A DNA stretch of 64,000 nucleotides from Candidatus Woesearchaeota archaeon (GTDB taxonomy: Archaea; Nanobdellota; Nanobdellia; Woesearchaeales; UBA10216), in contig JACPBY010000001.1 in assembly GCA_016180065.1 (NCBI GenBank), positions 30,633-94,632 of the forward strand, read 5' to 3'. A model generated the notes under the pieces. That model did no database searches. It was given only the letters and a program-made list of their open reading frames with translations, and was not told the origin of the DNA. Positions 27,048 through 37,028 of this stretch are shown piece after piece. The translations under genes and the position numbers were made by a program. How positions within the stretch are numbered: position 1 is the stretch's first letter; each line of letters opens with the position of its first letter.

Positions 27048-29273
27048 TTTTTCCTTTGGCCTTCGCAACCTTTTTTCCCTTTTTTGCCCAGCGCCTCCTT
27101 TTTCGGCTACTGCAGCAGGTGTGCTCTTGACAGAATCAGCCACGCCCGATTTTTGATTGCTTTGCTGCCGTGCCAAAAGCTTCCCTCGCACTATCAGCGC
27201 CTTCATCGCAACAACAGCCTTCCTTATGTCGTTGAAGTCAGGTATGTGCATGTTGTCGAGGTAGTGCATTCCTTTTCGCGAGAACCTGCCTCCCATAAAG
27301 CAGGTTATAACCGGCTTGCCAGGGAATTGCCTGTGGGCTTCAACAACGGCCTTGGCGTCAAGCACAGGATTTGTCATCGCCTGGAGGGTTTGAATGACTA
27401 TCAATCCGTGAATGTATGGCTCCTTCAACAGAGAGCTTATGGCAAGCTCATACCTGTTTGGCATGGCGTCCCCGACAATATCCAGCGGATTCCTCTTTGA
27501 ATAAGCAGGGTGCATTACACCCGCCTTGTCAAACGCTTTTAGAACTGCTTTTTGCAATGGAGGCAGGTTAACGCCCAGCTCATCACAGTAATCAGCGCAG
27601 ATAACTCCGCAGCCGCCTCCATTGGTGATAACCACTATGCCATTGCCCGCGCAAACAGGCTGTTCGGCCAGCACCTTTGCAACATCAAACAGCTCCTCAA
27701 CAGTATCAACCAAGGCAGCCCCTGCCTGTTTTGCTGCCGCCTCAAAAACCCTCACGTTGCCAGCCAACGAGGCTGTGTGCGTTGTAACAGCTTTCTCGCC
27801 GGAAGATGTCCTTCCACCCTTCAGGATTACAACCGGCTTCCTTGCAGCAAGGCTTTTCAGCCTTTCAAAAAATTCCCTGCCGTCGTTAACCCCTTCAACA
27901 TACAACGCAACAGCCTTTGTCTCTTCATCAGCAGCAAGGAATTCAAAGAAGTCGCAGCAGTCAAGCATGGCCTTGTTGCCGTAGCTTACAATTGCACTGA
28001 AACCATACCTTGCCTGGATGGCCCAGTCTATGATGCTATCTGCCAATGCGCCAGACTGGCTTACAAAAGCAATTCCGCCTTTTGGGGGAGTGCTCGGCGC
28101 GAAGCTGGCGTTCAGGTTGGTTGTGGGCCGGACAATTCCCAGGCAATTTGGGCCAAGCAAAGGAAGCCTGGCCTTCCAAAGCCTTTCGGCAATCTTTGCC
28201 TGCAGCCTTCTGCCCTCATCATCAAATTCACCAAAGCCAGCACTTATCACAAGGACGGCCTTGACTTTCTTCTTAATGCAGCCATCAACTGCCTTTAAAA
28301 CCAGCTGGCGCGGCAAGGCAATGATGGCGAGGTCAACAGGCTCAGGGATTGCGGCCAGCGAAGGATAGCATTTCACCCCCAGAATCTCCGTCGCGAAAGG
28401 ATTGACAGCAAAAATCCTGCCAAGGAAAGGCCTGCAGTACTCGCAGCGATGGGCGCAGCCAATCGCCAGGTTGCGCAGCACAGACTGGCCGACAGATTCA
28501 GGGTCACGGGAAGCGCCAACCAGCGCAACGGACGAAGGGCTGAAAAAGCCTTGCACGCCCGGTTTTGCTTTAGCCTTTGCAGGATTTTTCAATGCTCCAG
28601 CCACGGCTCTGGCGTCAACAGCAACAACGCCCTGCAAGCTGTCACTTGCAAACACAGGGTTCAGGTCAAGCTCTGAAATCTCAGGGTGCTTTGCAACCAG
28701 GCCGGAGATTTTCACAAGGAACATGCCAAGCTTCTGCAGCAGGGCATCCCCCCCTTTGAGCCGGCTTATGCGGCCGTATGCCTTTGTCTCCTTTACCATT
28801 TCCATGGCTTCAGCTTCAGAAACAGGGCAGAGGCGGATTGCGGTGTCAGACAGCTCCTCAGCAAATATCCCGCCTGAGCCAAAAATAACCGCTGGCCCGA
28901 ACAGGGCATCGCGCTTTGCACCAACTATGCACTCAACACCAGAGGCCTCCTTTTGCACAGCAATCGCAAGCTTTTTTTCAATAATGCCCTTTCTCGCAAG
29001 CAAGGCATGCGCAGAACTGAGCTTACTGAAAGCGGAGGCAAATGAAACTGAATCTCCACACCTGATTACGAGACCGCTTTTCATTTTATGAACTGCCGCA
29101 GCCCCGAGTTGGGAAGAAACAGCTTTTAGAAAAACCGGAAAACCAAGCTTGAGCGCAGCAGCCCTGGCAGAATCCTCATCAGCAGCAAAGGCTGTTTCGC
29201 AGAACGCAACCCCTTCTTTTCTCAAGAGGGAGACAACATCCTGAAAGGAAAAACACGCACGTTTTTTGCCCAT
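27042..29273 (-). CDS. ADP-forming acetate/acyl-CoA ligase, fused beta-alpha
   Basis: N-terminal ATP-grasp (GFPVFLK, FGP.V.FG.GG, ELDLNP), then CoA-binding domain (VGAS, GPNCLG, SQSGA, THTASLAG, NPLD). Confidence 0.93.
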   Translation of the reverse strand: MGKKRACFSFQDVVSLLRKEGVAFCETAFAADEDSARAAALKLGFPVFLKAVSSQLGAAAVHKMKSGLVIRCGDSVSFASAFSKLSSAHALLARKGIIEKKLAIAVQKEASGVECIVGAKRDALFGPAVIFGSGGIFAEELSDTAIRLCPVSEAEAMEMVKETKAYGRISRLKGGDALLQKLGMFLVKISGLVAKHPEISELDLNPVFASDSLQGVVAVDARAVAGALKNPAKAKAKPGVQGFFSPSSVALVGASRDPESVGQSVLRNLAIGCAHRCEYCRPFLGRIFAVNPFATEILGVKCYPSLAAIPEPVDLAIIALPRQLVLKAVDGCIKKKVKAVLVISAGFGEFDDEGRRLQAKIAERLWKARLPLLGPNCLGIVRPTTNLNASFAPSTPPKGGIAFVSQSGALADSIIDWAIQARYGFSAIVSYGNKAMLDCCDFFEFLAADEETKAVALYVEGVNDGREFFERLKSLAARKPVVILKGGRTSSGEKAVTTHTASLAGNVRVFEAAAKQAGAALVDTVEELFDVAKVLAEQPVCAGNGIVVITNGGGCGVICADYCDELGVNLPPLQKAVLKAFDKAGVMHPAYSKRNPLDIVGDAMPNRYELAISSLLKEPYIHGLIVIQTLQAMTNPVLDAKAVVEAHRQFPGKPVITCFMGGRFSRKGMHYLDNMHIPDFNDIRKAVVAMKALIVRGKLLARQQSNQKSGVADSVKSTPAAVAEKGGAGQKREKRLRRPKEKS

Positions 29274-29487
29274 TAAGCCAGAAAATGCAGCGCCAAATTA
29301 TTTAAAGCTATTCCACAAAAATGAGCCTGGTTGTTTGAGTTAGGGCAAAGCTTAAATAGTAGTTCTTGAAGAATCGGTTTTGGCTTAATTTACTGGGGGG
29401 CAGTTAAAAATCGTAACATATTAATAGTAGTGTTGCCCAGTCACCCCTCACAACCCATAACAATTCAACTTATCTGGAGGCGCCCAA

Positions 29488-30411
29488 ATGATTATCAAAG
29501 AAGAATTTCTAAGCAAGCTCCGCACATACTTCTCCCTTAACCTTTACGAAGTCAAAATCTGGACAGCCCTTCTTTCAAGAGGGGTTGCAACTGCAGGCGA
29601 ATTGTCTGACATAGCGAACGTGCCAAGAAGCAGAAGTTATGATGTTCTTGAAAGCCTTGAGAAGAAGGGCTTTGTAATCATGAAATTTGGAAAGCCAATC
29701 AAATACATCGCAGTCCAGCCAGCTGAGGTTGTTGAGCGAGTCAAAAAACACATGAAAGAAGAGTCTGAGAAAAAGATAAAGAGGCTGGACGAAGTAAGGA
29801 ACACGGAAATCATTGATGAGCTTAAAACACTGCACCAGCAAGGCATCGAGCTTGTTGAGCCATCAGACCTTTCAGGAAGCCTCAAAGGCAGGCACAACCT
29901 TTACAACCACCTTGACCTCATGATAAAAAACGCCGAAAGCACAGTAACCATCATGACCACTTCCCAGGACTTCCTGAGGAAAGTTGAGGGGCTCAGGATG
30001 ACAATGGAAAAAGCCAAGAAGCGCGGAGTCAAGATAAGAATAGCTGCCCCCATAAACAAGGAGAACAAGCACGCAGTAGAGCTGATATCTGATGTTGCAG
30101 AAGTGAGGCACACAGATGCAAAGGGAAGGTTCTGCATCATCGACGCCAAGGAGATGATGTTCATGGTAATGGATGACAAGGACGTCCATCCCACATACGA
30201 CGTGGGCATATGGGTCAACACGCCTTTCTTTGCGTCAGCCCTTGAAAGCCTATTTGAAACGGCATGGAAGAACATGAAGGCTGCTGTTGAAGTGGCGAGA
30301 AGGGCCTTCCCAGTTCCTTTCTCTCATGACTGCACAGATAGCAATCGGATTTTCTTTCTTTTTTGCTTAGACAGCGCTCTGCTTTCAAGCTCTTTTCCTT
30401 TGAAGGTCTGA
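29488..30411 (+). CDS. TrmB-family transcriptional regulator (atypical C-terminal tail)
   Basis: LNLYE.K.W.ALL, VPRSRSYDVLESLEKKGF, PLD-like RFCIID.KE. Confidence 0.92.
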   Translation: MIIKEEFLSKLRTYFSLNLYEVKIWTALLSRGVATAGELSDIANVPRSRSYDVLESLEKKGFVIMKFGKPIKYIAVQPAEVVERVKKHMKEESEKKIKRLDEVRNTEIIDELKTLHQQGIELVEPSDLSGSLKGRHNLYNHLDLMIKNAESTVTIMTTSQDFLRKVEGLRMTMEKAKKRGVKIRIAAPINKENKHAVELISDVAEVRHTDAKGRFCIIDAKEMMFMVMDDKDVHPTYDVGIWVNTPFFASALESLFETAWKNMKAAVEVARRAFPVPFSHDCTDSNRIFFLFCLDSALLSSSFPLKV

Positions 30412-30500
30412 AACACCCTTGCGGAATGCGAGCGAAGAAGCAGCTTTTTGGTTGTGCCCTTAAGAGGGAGATTGATTCAACAGGATTGAGGATGATTAGA

Positions 30501-31055
30501 ATGAACTTGCGAGAGCTATATCAAGAAATCAGAGAAAGGCAGCCAATACCAAGTGAACAGCTAAGAGCTGGCATGAGGGTTGGAATACTTTATCCAGACA
30601 GCACACATATTATGACAATAGGTGCCATAGGACATGGGAGGATTGAGAATTACAGCCTCGGTCAACAACTTGTAGCTGTGGCTAAAATTGCCCTGGGTCA
30701 ACCTGCAGTTAAGTGGGAGCAGGATGGAACAGTACACCTAATAAATCTTCAAGATGTAACAGACTGTAGTGGCTACAGGGACTTCGTTGCTAACGGTGAT
30801 TACATTATGGTTGACTTTCCAGGATGCAGCCCCCATGAGCTTCTAGAACCAAAACTTGGCGTTCTGTGGCCATATACAAAAGCAGTTTGGGAACCTGTCG
30901 GAAAATTACCATTTGTGCAGGTTAGCAAAGAAGAAAAACGTGCCATATGGAGAGAGTCGCCGCTGGAGAAACTTGTGGATGACAACACCAGCGGCGCTGC
31001 AACTGCGCAGAACAGGTGGTTCTATGCGCAACAAAGCCGCAAAACCTTTAAATAA
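30501..31055 (+). CDS. Hypothetical protein, possibly foreign (start uncertain)
   Basis: Open frame 30363-31055; GAGGATGA SD-like sequence before ATG; no recognisable motif. Confidence 0.5.
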   Translation: MNLRELYQEIRERQPIPSEQLRAGMRVGILYPDSTHIMTIGAIGHGRIENYSLGQQLVAVAKIALGQPAVKWEQDGTVHLINLQDVTDCSGYRDFVANGDYIMVDFPGCSPHELLEPKLGVLWPYTKAVWEPVGKLPFVQVSKEEKRAIWRESPLEKLVDDNTSGAATAQNRWFYAQQSRKTFK

Positions 31056-31071
31056 GCGCCAGCGTGGATGA

Positions 31072-32619
31072 TTGGATATGGAATCAGAAAAGACTGCAGA
31101 AATAGCAGCATCGCTGCACCGCCTTGAAAGGGCAGTGCTAGTGCTGCCGCACCTTGCAAAGCACAGCGCTGTCGCAGAGCTGGTTTCCGCTTCCGGAATG
31201 CAGGAAGTAGAAGTGATAAGGGCACTCAACTGGCTGCAGAACAAAGGCATGGTCGTGCTAAGCGAGGCAATTGAAGAGCTGGTGACGCTTGGCGAAAACG
31301 GAAAGGCATATGCAAAATCCCAGCTGCCTGAAACAAGGTTTCTAAACGCGATTAAGAACAAGCCGCTGCCCATTGCCGAGATAAAAAAAGCTGCAGGCCT
31401 TACTGAAGAAGAGCTTGGCGCAAGCATTGGAGCCCTGATGCGGCTCGGTGCCATAGAGCCTTCAGCAGCTGCCGAGAAAACCTTCAAAATAACCGCCACA
31501 GGAAGCGAATTTGCAAGATCAGGGACACCTGCGCAAAGATTCCTGTCCAGAAAATTCCCGGCAAAGGCAAAGGAACTACCGCCAGAGGAAAAGGCACTCG
31601 TCTCCGAATTAAAAAAAAGAAAAGACGTAATACGCGAAGGCATCATCAAGAACAGGACAGCTGTCCTCACAGACCTTGGAAAAGAGGTCGCGCGAAAAAG
31701 CCCCGCAGCAACCCAAACCACCGACCGGCTGACTCCAGAGATGCTCGTTACTGGTAAATGGAAGGAAGCTGAATTCAGGAGCTACGACCTGACAACACCT
31801 GTGCCAAGAGTTTTCTTCGGAAAGCCCCAGCCATACAGGGAGTTCCTTGAGGAAGTAAGAGAAAAGTTCACAGCACTGGGCTTCGAGGAAATGACAGGCC
31901 CGATTGTGGAAAGCGAGTTCTGGAACATGGATGCGCTGTTCATGCCGCAGTTCCACTCCGCAAGGGACATACACGACGCTTACTATATAAAAGAGCCAAG
32001 ACACGCAACAGACCTGCCCCAACAACTCGTCAAAAAAGTCAAGGCGGCGCACGAAAACGGCTTCGGGACAGGAAGCAAAGGATGGCGATATGAGTTCAGT
32101 GAGGAGAAGTCAGCGCGGCTGATAATGAGAAGCCAGACAACAGCGTGCAGCGCAAGAAAACTTGCCTCACCAGACTTGAAAATTCCGGGAAAGTATTTTG
32201 CCATAGGCAGGTGCTTCAGGTATGATGTCATAGACGCAAAGCACCTTGCAGACTTTAATCAGGTTGAAGGAATCGTTGTTGAGGAAGGCATAAACCTCAA
32301 GCACCTTATAGGCCTGCTCAAGCTTCTCGCGAGGGAGTTCTGCAACACAAGCGATGTAAAGGTAGTGCCATCTTACTTTCCATTCACAGAGCCGTCTGCA
32401 TCGCTTTACGCAAAGCACCCCAAGCTCGGCTGGATGGAGCTTGCAGGAGCAGGAATCTTCAGGTCGGAGATGGTCAAGCCGCTTGTTGGAAAACATGTTC
32501 CCGTAATAGCATGGGGGATAGGCATAGACCGGATAGCCATGTTCAGGCTTGGCCTTTCGGACATAAGGGAGCTGTTCAGCCACGACCTCGGCTTTTTAAG
32601 GGATTCAAAGGTGGTATGA
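31072..32619 (+). CDS. pheS: Phenylalanine--tRNA ligase alpha subunit
   Basis: FWNMDALF.PQ.H.ARD, CFRY..D..H, YFPFTEPS, WGIGIDR. Confidence 0.97.
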   Translation: MDMESEKTAEIAASLHRLERAVLVLPHLAKHSAVAELVSASGMQEVEVIRALNWLQNKGMVVLSEAIEELVTLGENGKAYAKSQLPETRFLNAIKNKPLPIAEIKKAAGLTEEELGASIGALMRLGAIEPSAAAEKTFKITATGSEFARSGTPAQRFLSRKFPAKAKELPPEEKALVSELKKRKDVIREGIIKNRTAVLTDLGKEVARKSPAATQTTDRLTPEMLVTGKWKEAEFRSYDLTTPVPRVFFGKPQPYREFLEEVREKFTALGFEEMTGPIVESEFWNMDALFMPQFHSARDIHDAYYIKEPRHATDLPQQLVKKVKAAHENGFGTGSKGWRYEFSEEKSARLIMRSQTTACSARKLASPDLKIPGKYFAIGRCFRYDVIDAKHLADFNQVEGIVVEEGINLKHLIGLLKLLAREFCNTSDVKVVPSYFPFTEPSASLYAKHPKLGWMELAGAGIFRSEMVKPLVGKHVPVIAWGIGIDRIAMFRLGLSDIRELFSHDLGFLRDSKVV

Positions 32620-32623
32620 CAAA

Positions 32624-34306
32624 ATGCCGACTATAACTTTCTCTTACACCGATTTTCTGCAGCTGCTGGGAAAGAAACTGCCGCTTGAAGAGTTCGGGAG
32701 ACTGCTGCTGCTGTTTGCAAAGGCGGAAGCAGGCAAGTTTGAGAAAGAAACCGGCGAGATCACCATAGAACTGGACGATACAAACCTGCCTTACCTTTGG
32801 TGCCCGGAAGGGCTTGCGAGATTTTTGAAAAGAATTTTGGGAAAGGAAAAAGGGATTGCAAAGCTTAACTTAATGCACAGCAGCTACAAGATTGTTGTTG
32901 ACAGCTCTGTTAAGAAAGTCAGGCCGTACATAGCGGCGTTTATTGCCAAAGGAAAAAAGCTTGACGACTATCTCCTGAAGCAGCTTGTACAGATGCAGGA
33001 GAAGCTTTGCGAAAACTACGGAAGAAAAAGGCAGAAAGTTTCAATAGGGCTTTACTCCTACAAGCGCATTGCTTTCCCCGTGCATTACAAAGCAGTCCCT
33101 CCAGACTCTGTGAAGTTCGTTCCGCTTGAATTTGACAGGCCGCTAAGCCTTAAAGAAATCCTCCGGCAGCACCCGAAGGGCCAACAGTACGGCTGGATTT
33201 TGCAGGATGCTGAAAAATACCCGCTGCTGGCTGATGACAAAGGAGAAGTACTGAGCTTCCCGCCAATCATTAACTCAAACTTCACAGGCAGGCTGGAGAT
33301 CGGTGACAGCGAGATTCTTTTTGAGGCAACAGGCACAGATGAAGAATCCATAAACCTGGCTGCAAACATCTTTGCGCAGAACATGGCTGAGCGAGGGTTT
33401 GAAATCCATTCAGTGATTGTAAGCTGCGAAGGCAGAACAATAGTTTCACCAGCGGCCAAGAAGGAAAAAATGAAAATAACTGCTGAAGCTGTCAAGGAGC
33501 TAATTGGCCTGAAGCTAAAAGAGCCGGAACTAAGGCAGCTGCTGCTGAAGGCAGGCTATGATGCCGAAGGCAGCTACGCTGTCGTGCCGCCTTACAGGGC
33601 AGACATAATACACCCTGTGGACATTATCGAGGATGTGGCAATAGCTTATGGCTTCGACAAAATAAAAGACGAGCCTCTGGCCAGCTACACCGCCGGAGAA
33701 AAGGACAAGGCAGCAGAAATAATAAATCCCCTGCGAAAAATAGCCGTTGGCATGGGCTTTCAGGAGATATTCAGCCACATACTTGCTGACAGGAATTCAA
33801 TGCTTTCAGGCTCGGGGATCCCTTCTGCAGCTGCGGCAGAGAACGAAAAAAACATAGTCCAGCTTGAGAATTTCATGTCTGAAACATATTCTGCAGTCAG
33901 GAATTCGCTGCTGCCCGGGCTTCTTGACGTCCTTGCCAGGAACAAGCACGAGGACTACCCGCAAAGAATTTTTGAGGAAGGAATCGTTGCATCCAGGGCC
34001 GGCAAAAGCATTTTCGAATGCCGCTCCATAGCTTTGGTGTCGGCACATCCAAAAGCAGACTTTACAGAGCAAAAGCAGCACCTTACAGCATTTATGCGCA
34101 CCTTAGGAATAGAGTTTACGATACAAAAGGCAGCACACCCCACATTCACCAAAGGAAGGGTGGGCAGCATAATTGCAATAGGAAAACCTGTGGGAGTCAT
34201 TGGCGAAATCAGCCCAGCAGTTCTCAGCTGGTGGGGCATTGAAATGCCTGCCGCTGCTTTAGAAATAGACCTGAGCGCCCTGCTCAACAGGGTCAGTGGT
34301 CAGTAA
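32624..34306 (+). CDS. pheT: Phenylalanine--tRNA ligase beta subunit
   Basis: MPTI start, VRPYIAA, SFPPIINS, VPPYRADIIHPVDIIEDVAIAYG. Confidence 0.96.
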   Translation: MPTITFSYTDFLQLLGKKLPLEEFGRLLLLFAKAEAGKFEKETGEITIELDDTNLPYLWCPEGLARFLKRILGKEKGIAKLNLMHSSYKIVVDSSVKKVRPYIAAFIAKGKKLDDYLLKQLVQMQEKLCENYGRKRQKVSIGLYSYKRIAFPVHYKAVPPDSVKFVPLEFDRPLSLKEILRQHPKGQQYGWILQDAEKYPLLADDKGEVLSFPPIINSNFTGRLEIGDSEILFEATGTDEESINLAANIFAQNMAERGFEIHSVIVSCEGRTIVSPAAKKEKMKITAEAVKELIGLKLKEPELRQLLLKAGYDAEGSYAVVPPYRADIIHPVDIIEDVAIAYGFDKIKDEPLASYTAGEKDKAAEIINPLRKIAVGMGFQEIFSHILADRNSMLSGSGIPSAAAAENEKNIVQLENFMSETYSAVRNSLLPGLLDVLARNKHEDYPQRIFEEGIVASRAGKSIFECRSIALVSAHPKADFTEQKQHLTAFMRTLGIEFTIQKAAHPTFTKGRVGSIIAIGKPVGVIGEISPAVLSWWGIEMPAAALEIDLSALLNRVSGQ

Positions 34307-35085
34307 ACCTTAAGCCACTTTCTCACCAGAAGGGAAAAAACCATGGAAAAAACTATGTAAGTAGCAAGCCAGCCAGGCTTCCAGCCAATGATTGACAGGC
34401 CTCCGAGAGGCTGTAACGGCTGCATGCCAACGCTTATTCTTTCAATCACGCTATCCTTTTTTATGGAGCCATTTGGCGAGCCTAAAAAGCCGCTTGCCTT
34501 TGAAAGAATAGGCTTTTCATACCTGAAGCCGTCTGTCAAAAGGGCGTTTAGCGAGTACAACTCGTTGCCATAGCCGTATTTCAGCTGGTGGCTGCCTTTC
34601 TCCACTCCTTTCACGCGCCAGCTCACGACATTTTCACTTATGCCCTGCGTTGGCTGCGAAAGCAGCTCAAGCCCATCAGACACGTTCAAGGTTATGTTGC
34701 CCCCAGCCCCCTTTGCAAATTGGACTGTGGTCGTGAACTCATCCCCTGGGCTCAAGGGAGCGTAGGCAAGGTGCGCCTGCATCCAGCCAAAGACAAGGAA
34801 AAGAGGAACAAGCGTTATAAGCATTGACTTGGTTGAAGAGCTGAACTGCTGCATGCTCCGCTTCATCATTTCTTTTTGCAGCTGGGCTGCCTGGGAAGGA
34901 TCCTTAATTGTTTTAATCTCAGACTGTATGCGCTTGACATCATCCTTTATCTCCTTGAGAAGCTTCTGATTTGTCGTGTACTTATAAACCACCGTAGTCA
35001 TGAGGGAAACGGCAGCAGAAATAACCAGGATGGCAAGAGCAGGAGGAAGGCTTAACAAAACATTCATAAAATCAAGTGCGCCCAT
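34300..35085 (-). CDS. DUF106 / EMC3-Get1 (Oxa1 superfamily) membrane insertase
   Basis: TM, coiled coil, TM and C-terminal GWLATYI; located after secY. Confidence 0.85.
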   Translation of the reverse strand: MGALDFMNVLLSLPPALAILVISAAVSLMTTVVYKYTTNQKLLKEIKDDVKRIQSEIKTIKDPSQAAQLQKEMMKRSMQQFSSSTKSMLITLVPLFLVFGWMQAHLAYAPLSPGDEFTTTVQFAKGAGGNITLNVSDGLELLSQPTQGISENVVSWRVKGVEKGSHQLKYGYGNELYSLNALLTDGFRYEKPILSKASGFLGSPNGSIKKDSVIERISVGMQPLQPLGGLSIIGWKPGWLATYIVFSMVFSLLVRKWLKVY

Positions 35086-35099
35086 TTTGTACCCGCCTT

Positions 35100-36482
35100 T
35101 TACTGTTGTATGAATCTTCTGAGCATCGGATTCATGTCATAAGCGTGCTGGTGAGCGATTTCCTCATAAAGCCTGTATACAATCATGACTGTCAGCAGCA
35201 AGCCTGTCCCAGAAGTAAGCGCGCCCATAATGTCAGCGAAGGCGGCAAGAAAGCCCACTGTAATTGCCCCCATGACTGTCAATGCAGGAATGTACCTTTC
35301 AAGCAGGCTTTCAACGACCCGCTCATCCCTCCTGAAGCCAGGAATCTGCAATCCGGACGACATAATCTGCTTTGCCTGGCTTCTTGCATCCATCCCGGCC
35401 GTCTTGACCCAAAACACCGAGAACAGTATTGAGCCGCCTATCATGAAAAGCGTGAATACAACAACCCTTGGCACAATATTAAGCAGCACAAGGTTGCCAC
35501 TTGCCAGATTATTCACAATGTTAACCGGCTGTATAAGCGAAACAAAGCCCGAAGACACCCCAGTAGGGTCATAAGAGCCCAGAAAAGTAAACCCCTTGCT
35601 TTGCAAGAGCCTTACCCAAAGCTGGACATTGGCAATCAATGCGGCAGTGAGTATGACCGGGATGTTGCTGGTGTATATGAAAGCCAAAGGCCACCTGACA
35701 CCATGGCCTCTTATTCTGCCAAAAGACAAAGGCAGCTCAACTTTCATGGATTGGGCGTATACGGCTATTATAAAAACAAGAACCGTGGTGCCTATGACCA
35801 GCAGGTTTGCAAATACCTCGCGAAAATCTCCCTGGACAAAAAAATAGAATATCGCCAGAAGGGCACCAACCGGCGCCTCACCTGAACTGAAAGCAAGGTT
35901 CCCCGAGGAGCTGAGCGGGCTGAGAAGCCGTATGATTATTTCCTTCGAAACGCCAGCAGCTATAAACAGGCTAACACCCTGGCCAAAGCCCCACTTGCTG
36001 ACAACCTCATCCATCAGAAGTATCAGAAACCCGCCCAGCATGAGCTGCAACACGAGGAACAAGCGGCTCCCCCCCTGCTCCGGCGCAAGCCCGCCAGTGT
36101 ATACATAAACCGCAGCTTCAAACAGGATGAAAACCAGCACAAGCCCTTTCTGGACACCCTGAAACATCTTTTTGCCTTCCGGAGTTGAAAGGTCAAACTT
36201 CAAAACGCCCGAGCCGTTAAGGAGCTGAAGCAGTATGGACGCGGTAACTATAGGCCCGATTCCCAGAGAGATGATAGAGCCAAACTCTGCGCCAAGTATT
36301 ATGGAAAGGAACTGAAACTGGGCAAGTGAGTTGGCACCCAAGCCGTAAAGCGGAATCAAGCCAAGTGTGAAGAAGAGCAGCAGCACTATGCCAGTCCACT
36401 TAAGCTTCTCCCTAAAAGGCAGCCTGCGCTCGGCAGGGCTTGCCACTTCAGGAAGATTGAGTAAAATGTCCTTCAGTCCCAT
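35100..36482 (-). CDS. secY: Protein translocase SecY
   Basis: KLKWT, LGIGPIVTASI, YTSNIP, IPGFRRD, GTGLLL. Confidence 0.97.
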   Translation of the reverse strand: MGLKDILLNLPEVASPAERRLPFREKLKWTGIVLLLFFTLGLIPLYGLGANSLAQFQFLSIILGAEFGSIISLGIGPIVTASILLQLLNGSGVLKFDLSTPEGKKMFQGVQKGLVLVFILFEAAVYVYTGGLAPEQGGSRLFLVLQLMLGGFLILLMDEVVSKWGFGQGVSLFIAAGVSKEIIIRLLSPLSSSGNLAFSSGEAPVGALLAIFYFFVQGDFREVFANLLVIGTTVLVFIIAVYAQSMKVELPLSFGRIRGHGVRWPLAFIYTSNIPVILTAALIANVQLWVRLLQSKGFTFLGSYDPTGVSSGFVSLIQPVNIVNNLASGNLVLLNIVPRVVVFTLFMIGGSILFSVFWVKTAGMDARSQAKQIMSSGLQIPGFRRDERVVESLLERYIPALTVMGAITVGFLAAFADIMGALTSGTGLLLTVMIVYRLYEEIAHQHAYDMNPMLRRFIQQ

Positions 36483-36561
36483 TTGACCCTTTTCGCGAAA
36501 AAAGTTCAACATCGGCAGCGGCCGATGAGTGTTTCCTCTCCGGAAACGCAATCCAAAACCT
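36483..36561 (-). promoter_or_regulatory. Structured intercistronic leader of secY
   Basis: Consecutive hairpins GTTTCC-GGAGA-GGAAAC and CATCGGC-CGCT-GCCGATG on the minus strand. Confidence 0.5.
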
Positions 36562-37014
36562 TTATGCCTCCTTCTTATTTGCAGGGACTACAACTTCCCC
36601 GCCGGCAGCCTTGATGCTTTCGACAGCCCTCGGGGATGCAGAGGAAGCAGTTATGACCATCCTTTTTGCAACCTTTCCCTTGCCAAGGAGCTTGTCAAAT
36701 CCCAAGTCAGCAATGTTGACTATATAACCGTTTCCTTCACGCTTTGCGAGGTTCAGCACCGCCAGCTTCTCAACATTCTGGTCAAGATATTCCACATTAA
36801 CCGTGTTGTGCACTATCCTCCTGTGGACAAATCCGTGCTTGCCAAAATAATCAGTCTTCCAGATTGAAGGCTTGCGCTGGTCAGCCCTCTTGCCCGTTCC
36901 GGCCATGCCTTTGCCTCCACGATTGCCAGAGCCGCGATGCTTTTTCTTGCTTCCCCAGCCATGGGTGTGGCTGCCTCTTTGCTTTACATCTTTCTTTCTT
37001 CTATTCACCGGCAT
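36562..37014 (-). CDS. rpl15: 50S ribosomal protein L15
   Basis: RGSHTHGWG.KK.RG.G.RGG.G; KLLGKG. Confidence 0.96.
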   Translation of the reverse strand: MPVNRRKKDVKQRGSHTHGWGSKKKHRGSGNRGGKGMAGTGKRADQRKPSIWKTDYFGKHGFVHRRIVHNTVNVEYLDQNVEKLAVLNLAKREGNGYIVNIADLGFDKLLGKGKVAKRMVITASSASPRAVESIKAAGGEVVVPANKKEA

Positions 37015-37028
37015 GCTTAACCACCAAC

